Source of the DNA: Vulcanimicrobiota bacterium
Lineage (GTDB): Bacteria > Vulcanimicrobiota > Xenobia > Xenobiales > JADMJV01
Assembly: GCA_050250895.1 (NCBI GenBank)
Contig: JBFWNU010000007.1
Span: 369,030 to 433,029 of the forward strand
Reading direction: 5' to 3'
Length of the DNA: 64,000 bases
Below the pieces are notes generated by a model. That model ran no database searches, was not told where the DNA came from, and saw only the letters and a list, made by a program, of their open reading frames with translations. Of this stretch, positions 46,902 through 56,337 are shown piece after piece. The position numbers and the translations under genes are program-made. Positions within the stretch are counted from its first letter, which is position 1. The number at the start of each line of letters is the position of its first letter.

Positions 46902-49538
46902 CTAGGGATTCCCGCCGCCGGCTTCGGCCTTGAGAGTGACCGTCACCAGCTGCTCGGGGTCGAGCCGTTTCTTGGCGGTTTCGAGCAACTCCTTGGGGCC
47001 AAGGCGCCGGTAGATGCCCGAAAAGCCCTCGGTGTAACTGTCGGCCAGGCGGTGGAATTCCAGGTTCGCCAGCAATTCAGCCCGGCCGGCAGCGGTGCCC
47101 TGAGAGACCTGTAGTTTGCCCTCGAGCGAGCGCACAGCCTGTTCGATTTCGGAGGGGCTGGGCGCCTGCCGGCGCAGCGTGTCGATCTCTTGGCGCACGG
47201 CCTGATCGGCGGCCGCTTCCTGACCTGGCTTAAGACGAAGCGTGATGGCCCAGGGGGCAGGCCCTGAGGACGAGACCAGGCGGCTGGTAACCTGAGCGGC
47301 CAACTGGTCTCGATCCCGAAGTCGAAGAGCAAGCCTGGAAGTGATGGGATTTCCCCCGAGGATCTGGTTGAGCAGATTGAAGGCGTAAAAGTCTGAATCC
47401 CGGCGGGAGGGGCCCAGCTGGCCCATCACCATCAGCGAGTTGGCCCGCTCGGTCTTGAACTCGACCGCCTGGGGCTGGGGGGTCGGGACCGGCGGAACGG
47501 TAATCAGGGGGGCAGTCTGTTGCACATACCAGGCTGTGAGGTCGGGGCGCAGCAATCGCAGCACGGTCTCGTTAGAGACATCGCCCGAGAAGACCAGCAC
47601 CAGGCGGTCGGGACGGGTGATGCGGCGCATGTGAGCCAGCACCTCGGCTCGGCTGGCGGTGGACACCACGGTGGGATTGCCGGTCAGCGATTGGCCGAAC
47701 GGATGGCCCGCTGGAAAGAGGCGGGACCGAAGTTCGATAGCCGCCCGCGAGACGGGATTGGCTAACTCTCGATTGTGCTCGGCCAGAGCCCGCAGACGCA
47801 CCCGTGCGATCGCCTCCTCGTCGGGGGCGGCCCGCCGAAGAGCATCGGTCAACATCGCCATGAAGGCCGGAAAGTTAGCCGACATGGTCCAGCCTTTGAT
47901 GGCGATCACCTCTTGATCGGGTTCAAAGGTCAGCTCGGCTCCCAGGTCTTGAAGGTCCCAGGCAAAAGACTCTCCCGGGCGCTCGCTCGTCCCCTCGCCC
48001 AGTAAGGATCCGGCCAGATAGGTAAGCCCGGGGCGATCGAGGGGGTCGAGCAGCGTGCCGCCCTTGAGATAGCCCCGCACCGTGACGGTGGGCAGGTCCG
48101 AGACGGTCTGGACCAGCACGGTCATTCCGTTCTCGAGTTCGTGGCGGGTGAAGGCAGGCGGGGGTGGAGCCGGCTGTTCGTCGACCTTCCACTCGCTCGC
48201 CTGGGCCACCGGTCCGGGCCCAAGCTCGGTGCGGGCTTCGTCGTCTGGGGCCGGGGCGGGAGTCGAAGTAGGAGCGCTGCCCGTCAGGCGTCCGATGGCG
48301 GCTTCGGGAAACTTGAGCACGGCCCTGGCCGTCTCGAGCAGCTGTTTTCCGGTCACCTTCTTGAGCTCTTCGGGCATGTGGACCATCTGGTCGAGCCGGC
48401 CTTCGGCCTGGCGCACGGCCAGCAGGCTGGCGCGACGGCCCGGGCTCTCGAGTTCACGATAGAAGCTGGCCAGGGCGCGATCGCGGGCGGTCTGCAGTTG
48501 ATCGGGCAGCAACTCGGTGCCGGTGAGCCGATGGACTTCGCTGGCGACGTGTTCTTCGACCTGGGCTACCGTTTCTCGCGCGTTGGGATTTAGTCGTAAG
48601 CGATAGAAGGTCAGCTCGGGCGAGAACTGGCTGGTCAAGGTGCGGCCGGAGTGGGCCAACTGGCCTCCCGAACCGCCGGTCAAGGCTGCATCGAGCAAGT
48701 ACAGCTCGGCTAGAGAGGGAGGGGTGTCGGGTAAGGGAAAGAGCATCTCCAGCGTGGGGGGACCCAGTTCGTCGACCTGCAGGCCAGTGCGTTTGGGGGC
48801 GGGGCGCGGCGTCGTCTTGACCGGCGTCGTGGCCTCGACCGGGGCCGGGAACAGGGTGCGCAACTTGCGTCGGACCAGCCGGGGCGAGAAGCCTCCGACC
48901 ACCACCAGCACGGCATTCTCGGGAGCAATGCTGGCGGCGTAGCGACTTTGAAGCTGGGCCAGGGTGATGTCGCGCAGTTCGGTGGGACGGCCGGGCGAGG
49001 GCCCCAGGGTCGGCCACAACCCCTCGGTCAGCCGTCGCAACACGCGGGATTCTTGCGATTCGTCGGCGGCCATCTCCCACAGGGCCAGTGACTTCTCGCG
49101 AGCCAGATCATTTTCGTCGGCATACAGTTCGTGCAAACGGTCGGCTTGCGTCTTGAGGGAAAAATCCAGATACTGAGCGGGCAGCGTCTCCCAGAAGAGG
49201 ATATAGTCGGGCGAAGTCCGGGCTCCGGCCCGCGCCCCGATCTGTTCGAGATTGACCAGCAGCTGGCCGTTAGGGTAGGTCCGGGTGGCGCGAAAAAGCA
49301 GATGCTCGAGCAGGTGGGCTTCGCCCGAACGTCCTTCGCCGTCGTGACGCGATCCTGCCGGCACCACCAGCGCCACCGACACCGACGGCAGGTCGGGAAG
49401 GGCCTGCAAGAGCACGGTGGGCGCGCCGGGCTGCTGGATCCGTTCGACCAGGCCTCCGGGCAACTCGAGCAGGTCGTCGGCCAGAGCCGCGCAACTCAAG
49501 GCGGCCAGCCCGATCATCAGGAGCAACACTCTTCTCAT
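46902..49538 (-). CDS. M16 (pitrilysin-like) zinc peptidase, two-domain, exported
   Basis: Signal peptide; AHLLEHLLF inverted HxxEH; second half begins HELENGMTV; upstream TTGACA-N16-TATAGT. Confidence 0.9.
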   Translation of the reverse strand: MRRVLLLMIGLAALSCAALADDLLELPGGLVERIQQPGAPTVLLQALPDLPSVSVALVVPAGSRHDGEGRSGEAHLLEHLLFRATRTYPNGQLLVNLEQIGARAGARTSPDYILFWETLPAQYLDFSLKTQADRLHELYADENDLAREKSLALWEMAADESQESRVLRRLTEGLWPTLGPSPGRPTELRDITLAQLQSRYAASIAPENAVLVVVGGFSPRLVRRKLRTLFPAPVEATTPVKTTPRPAPKRTGLQVDELGPPTLEMLFPLPDTPPSLAELYLLDAALTGGSGGQLAHSGRTLTSQFSPELTFYRLRLNPNARETVAQVEEHVASEVHRLTGTELLPDQLQTARDRALASFYRELESPGRRASLLAVRQAEGRLDQMVHMPEELKKVTGKQLLETARAVLKFPEAAIGRLTGSAPTSTPAPAPDDEARTELGPGPVAQASEWKVDEQPAPPPPAFTRHELENGMTVLVQTVSDLPTVTVRGYLKGGTLLDPLDRPGLTYLAGSLLGEGTSERPGESFAWDLQDLGAELTFEPDQEVIAIKGWTMSANFPAFMAMLTDALRRAAPDEEAIARVRLRALAEHNRELANPVSRAAIELRSRLFPAGHPFGQSLTGNPTVVSTASRAEVLAHMRRITRPDRLVLVFSGDVSNETVLRLLRPDLTAWYVQQTAPLITVPPVPTPQPQAVEFKTERANSLMVMGQLGPSRRDSDFYAFNLLNQILGGNPITSRLALRLRDRDQLAAQVTSRLVSSSGPAPWAITLRLKPGQEAAADQAVRQEIDTLRRQAPSPSEIEQAVRSLEGKLQVSQGTAAGRAELLANLEFHRLADSYTEGFSGIYRRLGPKELLETAKKRLDPEQLVTVTLKAEAGGGNP

Positions 49539-49619
49539 AGGCGTCTACTATATAGGTTGCAGCCCGCCTGTCAACTCGCGGAGGGGTTTCTGCTTCGGCA
49601 CCCGAAGGGGGTTCGCCCT

Positions 49620-51284
49620 ATGTCGGCCGGTTCTGAATCAGCCATACCAGAATCACCGTTTCCAACCTGGGGACCCAACGGGATCGCCGCCAGCGATCAC
49701 CGGCTGGCTTCTCAGGCCGCTTGCGAGGTGATGTCTGAGGGGGGGAACGCGGTAGACGCCGCCATCACGCTGTCGCTTACGCTGGGAGTGCTTTGCCCTC
49801 ACTACACCGGCGTCGGCGGGGGTGGCTTCTGTCTCTTTTGGCTGCCGGGTTTTGAACGACCCAGGGTGCTCGACTATCGCGAGACGGCCCCGGCCGCCTC
49901 CAAGCCCGGGATGTTCAGCGACACCCGCCGGGCCAGTACCCGAGGGGCCCTGGCCCCGGGCACCCCGGGCACGGTAGCCGGGTTGGCCGAACTGCTCGAG
50001 CAACACGGCACCATCTCCTGGGAGCGAGCCCTGGCTCCGGGCCTGGAGCTGGCCGAGAAGGGTTTTCCGACTTATCCCAATCTGCGCCGGGTCATTCTGG
50101 GACGGCTCAAAATGCTGTCGGAGTATAGCGAGACGGCCCGAATCTTCGTCACCGAGACGGGCCAGGGGCCCCTGCCCGGTCAACTGCTGCGCCAGCCCGA
50201 CCTGGCTGCCACCTATCGGCGGTTGGCCGAACACGGGCCGCGTGAGTTCTATGAAGGCGAGACGGCCGAACGGATCATCGCGGAACTCGACCGCGGCGGG
50301 GGAGTCATGACCCGCCAGGATCTGGTGGACTATAAGCCTGTCTGGCGCGAGCCGATTTCGGCCCTTTATCGGGGTCGCGAGGTCTTCACCATCGGACCTC
50401 CCTCGGGAGGTGGGATCCAGCTGCTCCAGATGCTGCAGATGCTCGAACCGTTCGATTTTCCACCGGCCAAGCTGGGTTCGGCAAGAACCTATCACCTTCA
50501 GTGCGAGGCGATGAGGATCTCCTTTGCCGACCGCTCTTCCTGGATCGCCGATCCGGCCTTTTTCGAAGTGCCCGTCGAGGCCATGCTCGACCCGGGCCGG
50601 ATCGCCGATCTGCACTTGCTCATCGACCCGCGACGGGCCAACGAGCTCGTCGAGATGCCTCCCCTGGAGGGTTATCTAGCGGCCGGTCAGAGCCTGCCTG
50701 GTCAGGGGGGGACGGCTTCGTTTTGCACGGCCGACAGTCAGGGCGGCTTCGTGGTGGCCACCGAGTCGGTCAATCTCTGGTTTGGCTCGATGGTCATCGC
50801 CCCGGGCACCGGGGTCGTGCTCAACGACATCATGGACGACTTCAGCCAGCGCCCTGGCACACCCGACGCCTTCGGCCTGGTGTCTTCGCGTATCAACCAG
50901 GTCGAGGCCAACAAGCGACCGGCTTCGAGCAGCACACCGGCGCTGGTTTTCGAGGACGGCAGGCCGATCATCGGCTCCGGCTCGGCCGGTGGCCCACGCA
51001 TTGCCACCTCGGTCTTCCAGATTCTGACCCACTTGCTGGACCATCGTCTCAACGTGCGCCAGGCCATGGACGCGCCCAGGATACACCATCAGTGGCTACC
51101 CAACGAACTGGTGGTGGAGCGTTTCGTGCCTGAGGACGTGCGCAAAGGACTGCGAGCTCTTGGGCATCGAGTCGCCGAAGGTCCGGCCCGCAGCCACGGC
51201 TGCGCCATCGCCTGGCACGAGGAAGACGGCCTCTACTACGGAGCCGGCGACTTCAGGTCCGGCGGAGCCGCGGCCGGCTGCTGA
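49620..51284 (+). CDS. ggt: Gamma-glutamyltransferase
   Basis: GGNAVDAA, GVGGGGF, LDYRETAP, GTASF (Thr nucleophile), LNDIMDDFS, PRIHHQWLP. Confidence 0.95.
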   Translation: MSAGSESAIPESPFPTWGPNGIAASDHRLASQAACEVMSEGGNAVDAAITLSLTLGVLCPHYTGVGGGGFCLFWLPGFERPRVLDYRETAPAASKPGMFSDTRRASTRGALAPGTPGTVAGLAELLEQHGTISWERALAPGLELAEKGFPTYPNLRRVILGRLKMLSEYSETARIFVTETGQGPLPGQLLRQPDLAATYRRLAEHGPREFYEGETAERIIAELDRGGGVMTRQDLVDYKPVWREPISALYRGREVFTIGPPSGGGIQLLQMLQMLEPFDFPPAKLGSARTYHLQCEAMRISFADRSSWIADPAFFEVPVEAMLDPGRIADLHLLIDPRRANELVEMPPLEGYLAAGQSLPGQGGTASFCTADSQGGFVVATESVNLWFGSMVIAPGTGVVLNDIMDDFSQRPGTPDAFGLVSSRINQVEANKRPASSSTPALVFEDGRPIIGSGSAGGPRIATSVFQILTHLLDHRLNVRQAMDAPRIHHQWLPNELVVERFVPEDVRKGLRALGHRVAEGPARSHGCAIAWHEEDGLYYGAGDFRSGGAAAGC

Positions 51285-51778
51285 GCGAGCACCAGCGTCA
51301 AAGCCGGCAACAGACCCTCGAGAGGAACGCTCTGGCCACTGCCGGCCAGATGAAGCTCGTAGCAGCCGTAGCCGGGCACAGTGACGGTACCGTTTAGCTC
51401 CTGACCTTGCTCCCCGGCCGTAATATCGGCGCTCAGCGACGCCATCCCAATGGTGCCCTCGAAGTGATCGTCAGAATGGATCACGTTTACGGGTTGGCCA
51501 GCGACCTCGCCGGTGAGTTGGCGAGTGTTGGGGTCGCAGGGCGAACCGGGCACCGAATAGAGCGCGACCGGCCAGTTGCAACCAGCCGACTCGAGATAAC
51601 CCAGAGTAGAGTCGTAGCCTGGACCGGGACGTTGTTGGAGGTCGAGATGGACGATGCCGACGTCTCCCCTGATGGTGACGCGGTCTTCGTTTTCTCGCAC
51701 GGTGAGAGAAGCATTGTTTCGTCCGATTTCGCCCTCAAAGCGAGCGCGCGAACGAGGCGTGGAGGATGTGATGACCAT
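51236..51778 (-). CDS. Hypothetical beta-rich protein
   Basis: Repeated GEIG/GDVG/GEVAG/GTIG strands; no family recognised. Confidence 0.55.
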   Translation of the reverse strand: MVITSSTPRSRARFEGEIGRNNASLTVRENEDRVTIRGDVGIVHLDLQQRPGPGYDSTLGYLESAGCNWPVALYSVPGSPCDPNTRQLTGEVAGQPVNVIHSDDHFEGTIGMASLSADITAGEQGQELNGTVTVPGYGCYELHLAGSGQSVPLEGLLPALTLVLAQQPAAAPPDLKSPAP

Positions 51779-51965
51779 GTGTTCGTTCTAGAACAACGAC
51801 CTTGCCCTGGTCTTTCCGGGTTGTTGCACTTCTGTCAAAGCTGTAATTTTCGAACCAGTCTAGCAACATTGTGGAAACGATGTTAACTCCTGGTAAACTA
51901 ATGGACTTTTTAACATGTGACCTATATAATTCAAAGAAATCCCATCCCCCACCGGAGGTCAACTC

Positions 51966-54950
51966 ATGAGCGGAACCGTCAGCGGATACGGCCAGAACAC
52001 CCATCTCAACGCCCACGTGAACTTTGTTTCTCCGAACGAGCACGGCGAAGTCACCGCTTACGCAGAGGCGGGCGAAGGGCAATCGAACCTGGTGGTCAAC
52101 ATCGCTGGCGAAGCCGAAAGCCTCGAGGGCTTCAACTTCTCTGAAGACCTCGGCTCGTGGCTCGACAATATCCTCAACAGCTCCGACTTCACCGTGGCCG
52201 TCGCCTATGCCGCCAACGGCTCGTCGAGCAGCGCCAAAGCCAGCAACGGCTCGCACGCCACCGCTTCGGCCACCGACGGCTCCAAGGCCCACGCTCACGC
52301 CCAGGATCAGTCCAACGCCACCGCCACCGCCGATGACGGCTCCAAAGCTAACGCCCACGCCGACGACGGTTCCACCGCCAACGCCAGCGCCGACGACTAC
52401 TCGTCGGCCTCGGCCGATGCCGACGACGCGGCCACGGCCACTGCCAAAGCAGACTTCTTCTCGGATTCGACCTCGGTAGCCAACGCCCAGTCTCAGGCCA
52501 AGTCCGAAGCCAAGGGCGTCTCGGACGCCACCGCCGCCGCCAGCGACGGCTCGTCGGCCGACGCTTTCGCCAAAGACTGGTCGACCTCGGTCGCCAGCGC
52601 CGCCACCGGCTCGGCCGCCACCGCTTCCTCGGCTGACGGTTCGGTAGCCGGCTCTACTGCCAGTGATGGCTCCTCGGCCCAATCCGCGGCCGCCAAACAC
52701 TCGGCCGCTCAGGCCGACGCCAGCGACCTTTCCAGCGCCACTTCGACGGCCGCCAACCATTCCGCCGCCAGCTCCGAAGCCGCCAACAGTTCCGATGCGG
52801 CCTCCACCGCCCGGGGTGGCTCGGTGGCCGATTCCTTCGCCCAAGACGGCTCGGCCGCCACGGCCGACGCCAGCAAGTTCGGCTCGGCTACCGCCAGCGC
52901 CGGCGGCTCGTCGGCTGCCGACGCTACCGCTCACAGCGACTCGGTCGCCCAGGCTGCGGCCGCTCACGGCTCGGCCGCCCAGGCCGACGCCAGCAATGTT
53001 TCTAACGCCACCGCCACGGCGGCCCACGGTTCGGCCTCTGCAGCCACCGCCAGCGACTACTCTGACGCGGCCGGCACGGCCGTCGGTCACTCCAACTCTG
53101 ACGCTTTTGCCACCGACCACTCCAACGCCGTCGCCGACGCCAGCAAGTTCGGCTCGGCTACGGCCACGGCCGGTGACGACTCGGCCGCCAGCGCCACCGC
53201 TCGCGGCGACTCGACCGCCCAGGCCGCGGCCGTCCACAGTTCGGCTGCCGAGGCCGACGCCAGCCGCGTTTCTAACGCTACCTCGACGGCCGCCAACGAC
53301 TCGGCCGCCTCCTCGACCGCGAAAGGCTTCTCCGACGCCTCGGCCACGGCTTTCGACAGCTCGGTAGCCGACGCTTTCGGCAAGAACCACTCCCAGGCAA
53401 CCGCCGATGCCAGCAACCAGGCTTCCTCCACGGCCACGGCCGGTGGCCACTCGGCTGCCACTTCCAGCGCCAGCGACCTGTCCACGGCTCAGTCGGCCGC
53501 TCTTCACGGCTCGGCTGCTGAAGCCGACGCCAGCAACGTTTCCAACGCCACCTCGACGGCTGCCAACCACTCGGCCTCGACGTCGCAAGCCAGCGACTAC
53601 TCCGACGCTTCGGCTACGGCCACCGGCCGCTCGGTCTCGGACGCTTTCGCCGCCGATCACTCCGACGCCGTCGCCGACGCCAGTCACCTGTCCTCGTCGC
53701 GAGCCTCGGCCGGTGGCGACTCGACCGCTGCCTCGACCGCCAGCGACCTGTCGACGGCCCGCTCGGCCGCCGCTCACGGCTCGGCCGCCGAAGCTGACGC
53801 CAGCAACGTTTCCAACGCCACCTCGACGGCTGCCAATCACTCGGCCTCGACGTCGCAAGCCAGTGACTACTCTGACGCTTCGGCCACGGCTCGCGGCCGC
53901 TCGGTCTCGGACGCTTTCGCCGCCGATCACTCCGACGCCGTCGCCGACGCCAGTCACCTGTCCTCGTCGCGGGCCTCGGCCGGTGGCGACTCCACCGCTG
54001 CCTCGACCGCCAGCGACCTGTCGACGGCCCGTTCGGCCGCCGCCCACGGCTCGGCCGCCGAAGCCGACGCCAGCAACGTTTCGAACGCCACCTCGACGGC
54101 CGCCCACGCTTCGGCCTCGTCGTCTGAGGCAACCAACTACTCCGACGCTTCGGCCACGGCCGTGGGGCACTCCAACTCTGACGCTTTCGCCGCCGACCAC
54201 TCCGACGCCGTAGCCGACGCCAGCCACCTGGCCTCGTCGCGAGCCTCGGCTGGTGACAACTCGGCCGCTTCGGCGACCGCCAGCGATGCTTCCACCTCGC
54301 GGGCCGCGGCCGCTCACGACTCGGCTGCCGAAGCCGACGCGACCCTGGGCAGCAACGCAACCTCGACGGCCAACGTCGGTTCGGCCGCCAGTTCTCGCGC
54401 TCGCCTGGGTTCGGACGCCTTCGCCACGGCTGCCTATCAGTCGGTGGCCGATTCGGTGGCCGCCCGCCATTCGACCGCCAGCGCCGACGCTTCGTTCACC
54501 TCGGCTGCCGACGCGGTCGCTCGCAACCGCTCGACCGCTTCGGCCGACGCTGACCACCTGTCCACGGCCAACGCCCGGGCGCGCTTTGGCGCGGCCGCGT
54601 CGGCCGACGCGAGCTTCGTCTCTGACGCCCGCTCGAACGCCTTCAACCACTCGGCTTCGCAGTCGCGCTCGAGCTGGTATTCGCTGGCCCAGTCGTGGTC
54701 GGCCAACCTCTCCAACGCCCAGAGCGAAGCCCGCAACCACTCCCAGGCTCAGGCCGGCGCCGACGACATCTCCGAGGCCGCCAGCCAGGCCGTTGACCAC
54801 TCGCGCGCCAACGCCCGCGCCCTCAACGACTCGATCGCTCTGGCCCAGGCCCTGCGCGGATCGGGCGCCTACGCCCTGTCGACCCACGGCGGAGCCGGTG
54901 CGGCCGTAGCAGCCGACCACAGCCACGCCCAGAGCCGTTCCAACGGCTAG
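51966..54950 (+). CDS. Ala/Ser/Asp-rich decapeptide-repeat protein (predicted beta-solenoid)
   Basis: GGAGG RBS; residues 86-994 parse into 91 consecutive S-x-A-x-[AS]-x-A-x-x-x units; GC-biased codon usage in this frame. Confidence 0.85.
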   Translation: MSGTVSGYGQNTHLNAHVNFVSPNEHGEVTAYAEAGEGQSNLVVNIAGEAESLEGFNFSEDLGSWLDNILNSSDFTVAVAYAANGSSSSAKASNGSHATASATDGSKAHAHAQDQSNATATADDGSKANAHADDGSTANASADDYSSASADADDAATATAKADFFSDSTSVANAQSQAKSEAKGVSDATAAASDGSSADAFAKDWSTSVASAATGSAATASSADGSVAGSTASDGSSAQSAAAKHSAAQADASDLSSATSTAANHSAASSEAANSSDAASTARGGSVADSFAQDGSAATADASKFGSATASAGGSSAADATAHSDSVAQAAAAHGSAAQADASNVSNATATAAHGSASAATASDYSDAAGTAVGHSNSDAFATDHSNAVADASKFGSATATAGDDSAASATARGDSTAQAAAVHSSAAEADASRVSNATSTAANDSAASSTAKGFSDASATAFDSSVADAFGKNHSQATADASNQASSTATAGGHSAATSSASDLSTAQSAALHGSAAEADASNVSNATSTAANHSASTSQASDYSDASATATGRSVSDAFAADHSDAVADASHLSSSRASAGGDSTAASTASDLSTARSAAAHGSAAEADASNVSNATSTAANHSASTSQASDYSDASATARGRSVSDAFAADHSDAVADASHLSSSRASAGGDSTAASTASDLSTARSAAAHGSAAEADASNVSNATSTAAHASASSSEATNYSDASATAVGHSNSDAFAADHSDAVADASHLASSRASAGDNSAASATASDASTSRAAAAHDSAAEADATLGSNATSTANVGSAASSRARLGSDAFATAAYQSVADSVAARHSTASADASFTSAADAVARNRSTASADADHLSTANARARFGAAASADASFVSDARSNAFNHSASQSRSSWYSLAQSWSANLSNAQSEARNHSQAQAGADDISEAASQAVDHSRANARALNDSIALAQALRGSGAYALSTHGGAGAAVAADHSHAQSRSNG
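53511..54050 (+). repeat. Two near-identical 270-bp tandem units within the solenoid gene
   Basis: 53511-53780 and 53781-54050 encode 90-aa blocks differing at one residue (ATATGR vs ATARGR); more diverged copies flank them. Confidence 0.9.
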
Positions 54951-54975
54951 TTTCCACCCTCTAAGAATCGACCGA

Positions 54976-54999
54976 CTTGAGACGCCGCGGCGTCTCAAG
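54976..54999. terminator. Perfect 24-bp palindrome after the solenoid gene
   Basis: CTTGAGACGCCGCGGCGTCTCAAG followed by a weak T tract. Confidence 0.55.
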
Positions 55000-55037
55000 C
55001 TATTTCTGGCAGGTTCCACCCACGAAAGGCCAAATAC

Positions 55038-55436
55038 ATGACCATGGAAGTTTCCAACAGCCCTTATTTCGCTCTGGCCGAACTGGTTCATCAGTTTCAA
55101 CAGGGGCATGTCCAGGTCGAGCACTACCATAACGCGCTCGACACGGCTACCCAGTTTCTCGATCGCTGGGCCCAGGCTTTGTCACAGATGAAGGTTCCAG
55201 CCTCGTACCCCGACGGTGAAGTGTTAGTCGAGGCCGGTAGGACAGGTCTCGAGCACCTCTACGCCGCCGTCGAGATGCTGCGCCGGTTGCCCGACGAACC
55301 TCAGGTGGCCGAAGAAGCACTAGTCGAGGCCGAGGCCGGCCACGACTTGCTGGTCAAGCTCATGGAAGTCAATCAAGAGAAACGCGAAGAGTTCGCCGAG
55401 GCCGTCCAAGAGGCTCGCTACTACGGCGACGAATAG
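55038..55436 (+). CDS. Small acidic helical hypothetical protein
   Basis: GAAAGG RBS; amphipathic helices; no motif recognised. Confidence 0.7.
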   Translation: MTMEVSNSPYFALAELVHQFQQGHVQVEHYHNALDTATQFLDRWAQALSQMKVPASYPDGEVLVEAGRTGLEHLYAAVEMLRRLPDEPQVAEEALVEAEAGHDLLVKLMEVNQEKREEFAEAVQEARYYGDE

Positions 55437-55969
55437 TCGGCGGGCGTATCGATATCGCGCAGGCACTCGGGGGTGGGCCACTCCACCAGAGTAGCCTCGT
55501 TCATCAGGTGACGGGCTCCGCGGTCGCCATCAAGCCTCGCCAACTCGGCAAAGAAGCTCCGCTCGAAAAGCACCGGATGGCCTCGCCGACCCTGGTAGAC
55601 CGGGCAGGCGTTGGGGGCATTGACGGCCAGCATAGCTTGCACCAGGCCGGGACCGATCTCCGGCATATCGCCCAGCCCCACCAATAGCCGCTCCACCTCG
55701 GGTGCCAGGGTCTTCACCCCGGCCGCTAACGACGACCCCATCCCTCGCGACCACTCGGAATGCACCAGGATTTGCACAGGGAGAGCCTCCAGCCGAGGAG
55801 CGATGCGGTGGTACTCGTAGCCGAGCACCACTACCACCGGTAGTCCAACCTCAAGATAGGGCGCCAGGCTGCACTCCAAAATCGTCTGGCCGCGCCAGGG
55901 CAACAGTTGCTTGAGCTCTCCCATGCGAGCAGACCGACCGGCCGCCAGCACAATGACCGACGTATTCAC
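55421..55969 (-). CDS. MobA/MocA-like nucleotidyltransferase (NTP_transf_3)
   Basis: VLAAGRSARMGELKQLL, GMGSSL, LGDMP, GHPVLF, GDRGAR, DIDTPADY; the track's longer N-terminus is antisense to RNA genes. Confidence 0.9.
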   Translation of the reverse strand: MNTSVIVLAAGRSARMGELKQLLPWRGQTILECSLAPYLEVGLPVVVVLGYEYHRIAPRLEALPVQILVHSEWSRGMGSSLAAGVKTLAPEVERLLVGLGDMPEIGPGLVQAMLAVNAPNACPVYQGRRGHPVLFERSFFAELARLDGDRGARHLMNEATLVEWPTPECLRDIDTPADYSSP

Positions 55970-55990
55970 ATCGAAAGGCTTCGGTTTGAC

Positions 55991-56019
55991 TTGCGTCGAT
56001 ACCCCCGATGCGGTATAAC
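55991..56019 (+). promoter_or_regulatory. Putative sigma70 promoter for the tRNA-like RNA
   Basis: TTGCGT-N17-TATAAC about 10 nt before the acceptor-like stem. Confidence 0.45.
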
Positions 56020-56029
56020 AGACGGTGGT

Positions 56030-56128
56030 GGTCAGGTAGCTTAGTGGTAGAGCACTGTCTCCTCTCGATCCTACGACACCAGGACGAGCAAGAGACGGAC
56101 GGCGATGGGTTCGATTCCCTCCCTGGCA
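56030..56128 (+). ncRNA. tRNA-like RNA with extended anticodon arm
   Basis: Acceptor GTCAGG/CCTGGC, TA-GCTT-AGTGGTA-GAGC D arm, GGG-TTCGATT-CCC T arm; anticodon arm replaced by a 44-nt stacked stem; no CCA. Confidence 0.6.
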
Positions 56129-56213
56129 AAAGCGGTAAGAGCCGAGGTGTCGTCGACTTTTATCTTCACGACCGCCCCCGCGGAGGCGGGATATGAAGTC
56201 TCCGCGTAACCTC

Positions 56214-56242
56214 TTGACCTTCGGGTCATAAGAGGCTACTAT
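56214..56242 (+). promoter_or_regulatory. Sigma70 promoter for tRNA-Gln
   Basis: TTGACC-N17-TACTAT, 21 nt upstream of the tRNA. Confidence 0.7.
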
Positions 56243-56263
56243 GACTAACGTCATTACTGCCGG

Positions 56264-56337
56264 TGGGCAGTGGCCAAGCGGCAAGGCAGGGGCCTTTGGA
56301 GCCCCGATCCCTGGTTCGAATCCAGGCTGCCCAGCCA
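56264..56337 (+). tRNA. tRNA-Gln (TTG)
   Basis: TGGGCAG/CTGCCCA acceptor, GGGGC-CTTTGGA-GCCCC anticodon arm, CCTGG-TTCGAAT-CCAGG T arm, encoded CCA. Confidence 0.97.

Noticed and set aside
51966-54950. Calling the repeat protein InaZ ice-nucleation protein or curlin
   Set aside because: Lacks the AGYGSTxT 16-mer of InaZ and the Q/N-x-G pattern and signal peptide of curlin; only the general solenoid logic is shared
51735-55130. 1131-aa Gly/Val/Arg-rich minus-strand ORF
   Set aside because: Antisense mirror of the Ala/Ser repeat gene; the plus-strand frame has the RBS and the regular decapeptide register
56030-56128. Interpreting the element as tRNA-Sec, tmRNA or a standard tRNA
   Set aside because: No TCA anticodon or long variable arm, no tag reading frame seen, no 7-nt anticodon loop and no CCA
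56264-56337. tRNA-Gln as an island integration site
   Set aside because: No integrase nearby and no duplicated tRNA 3' end seen in the window
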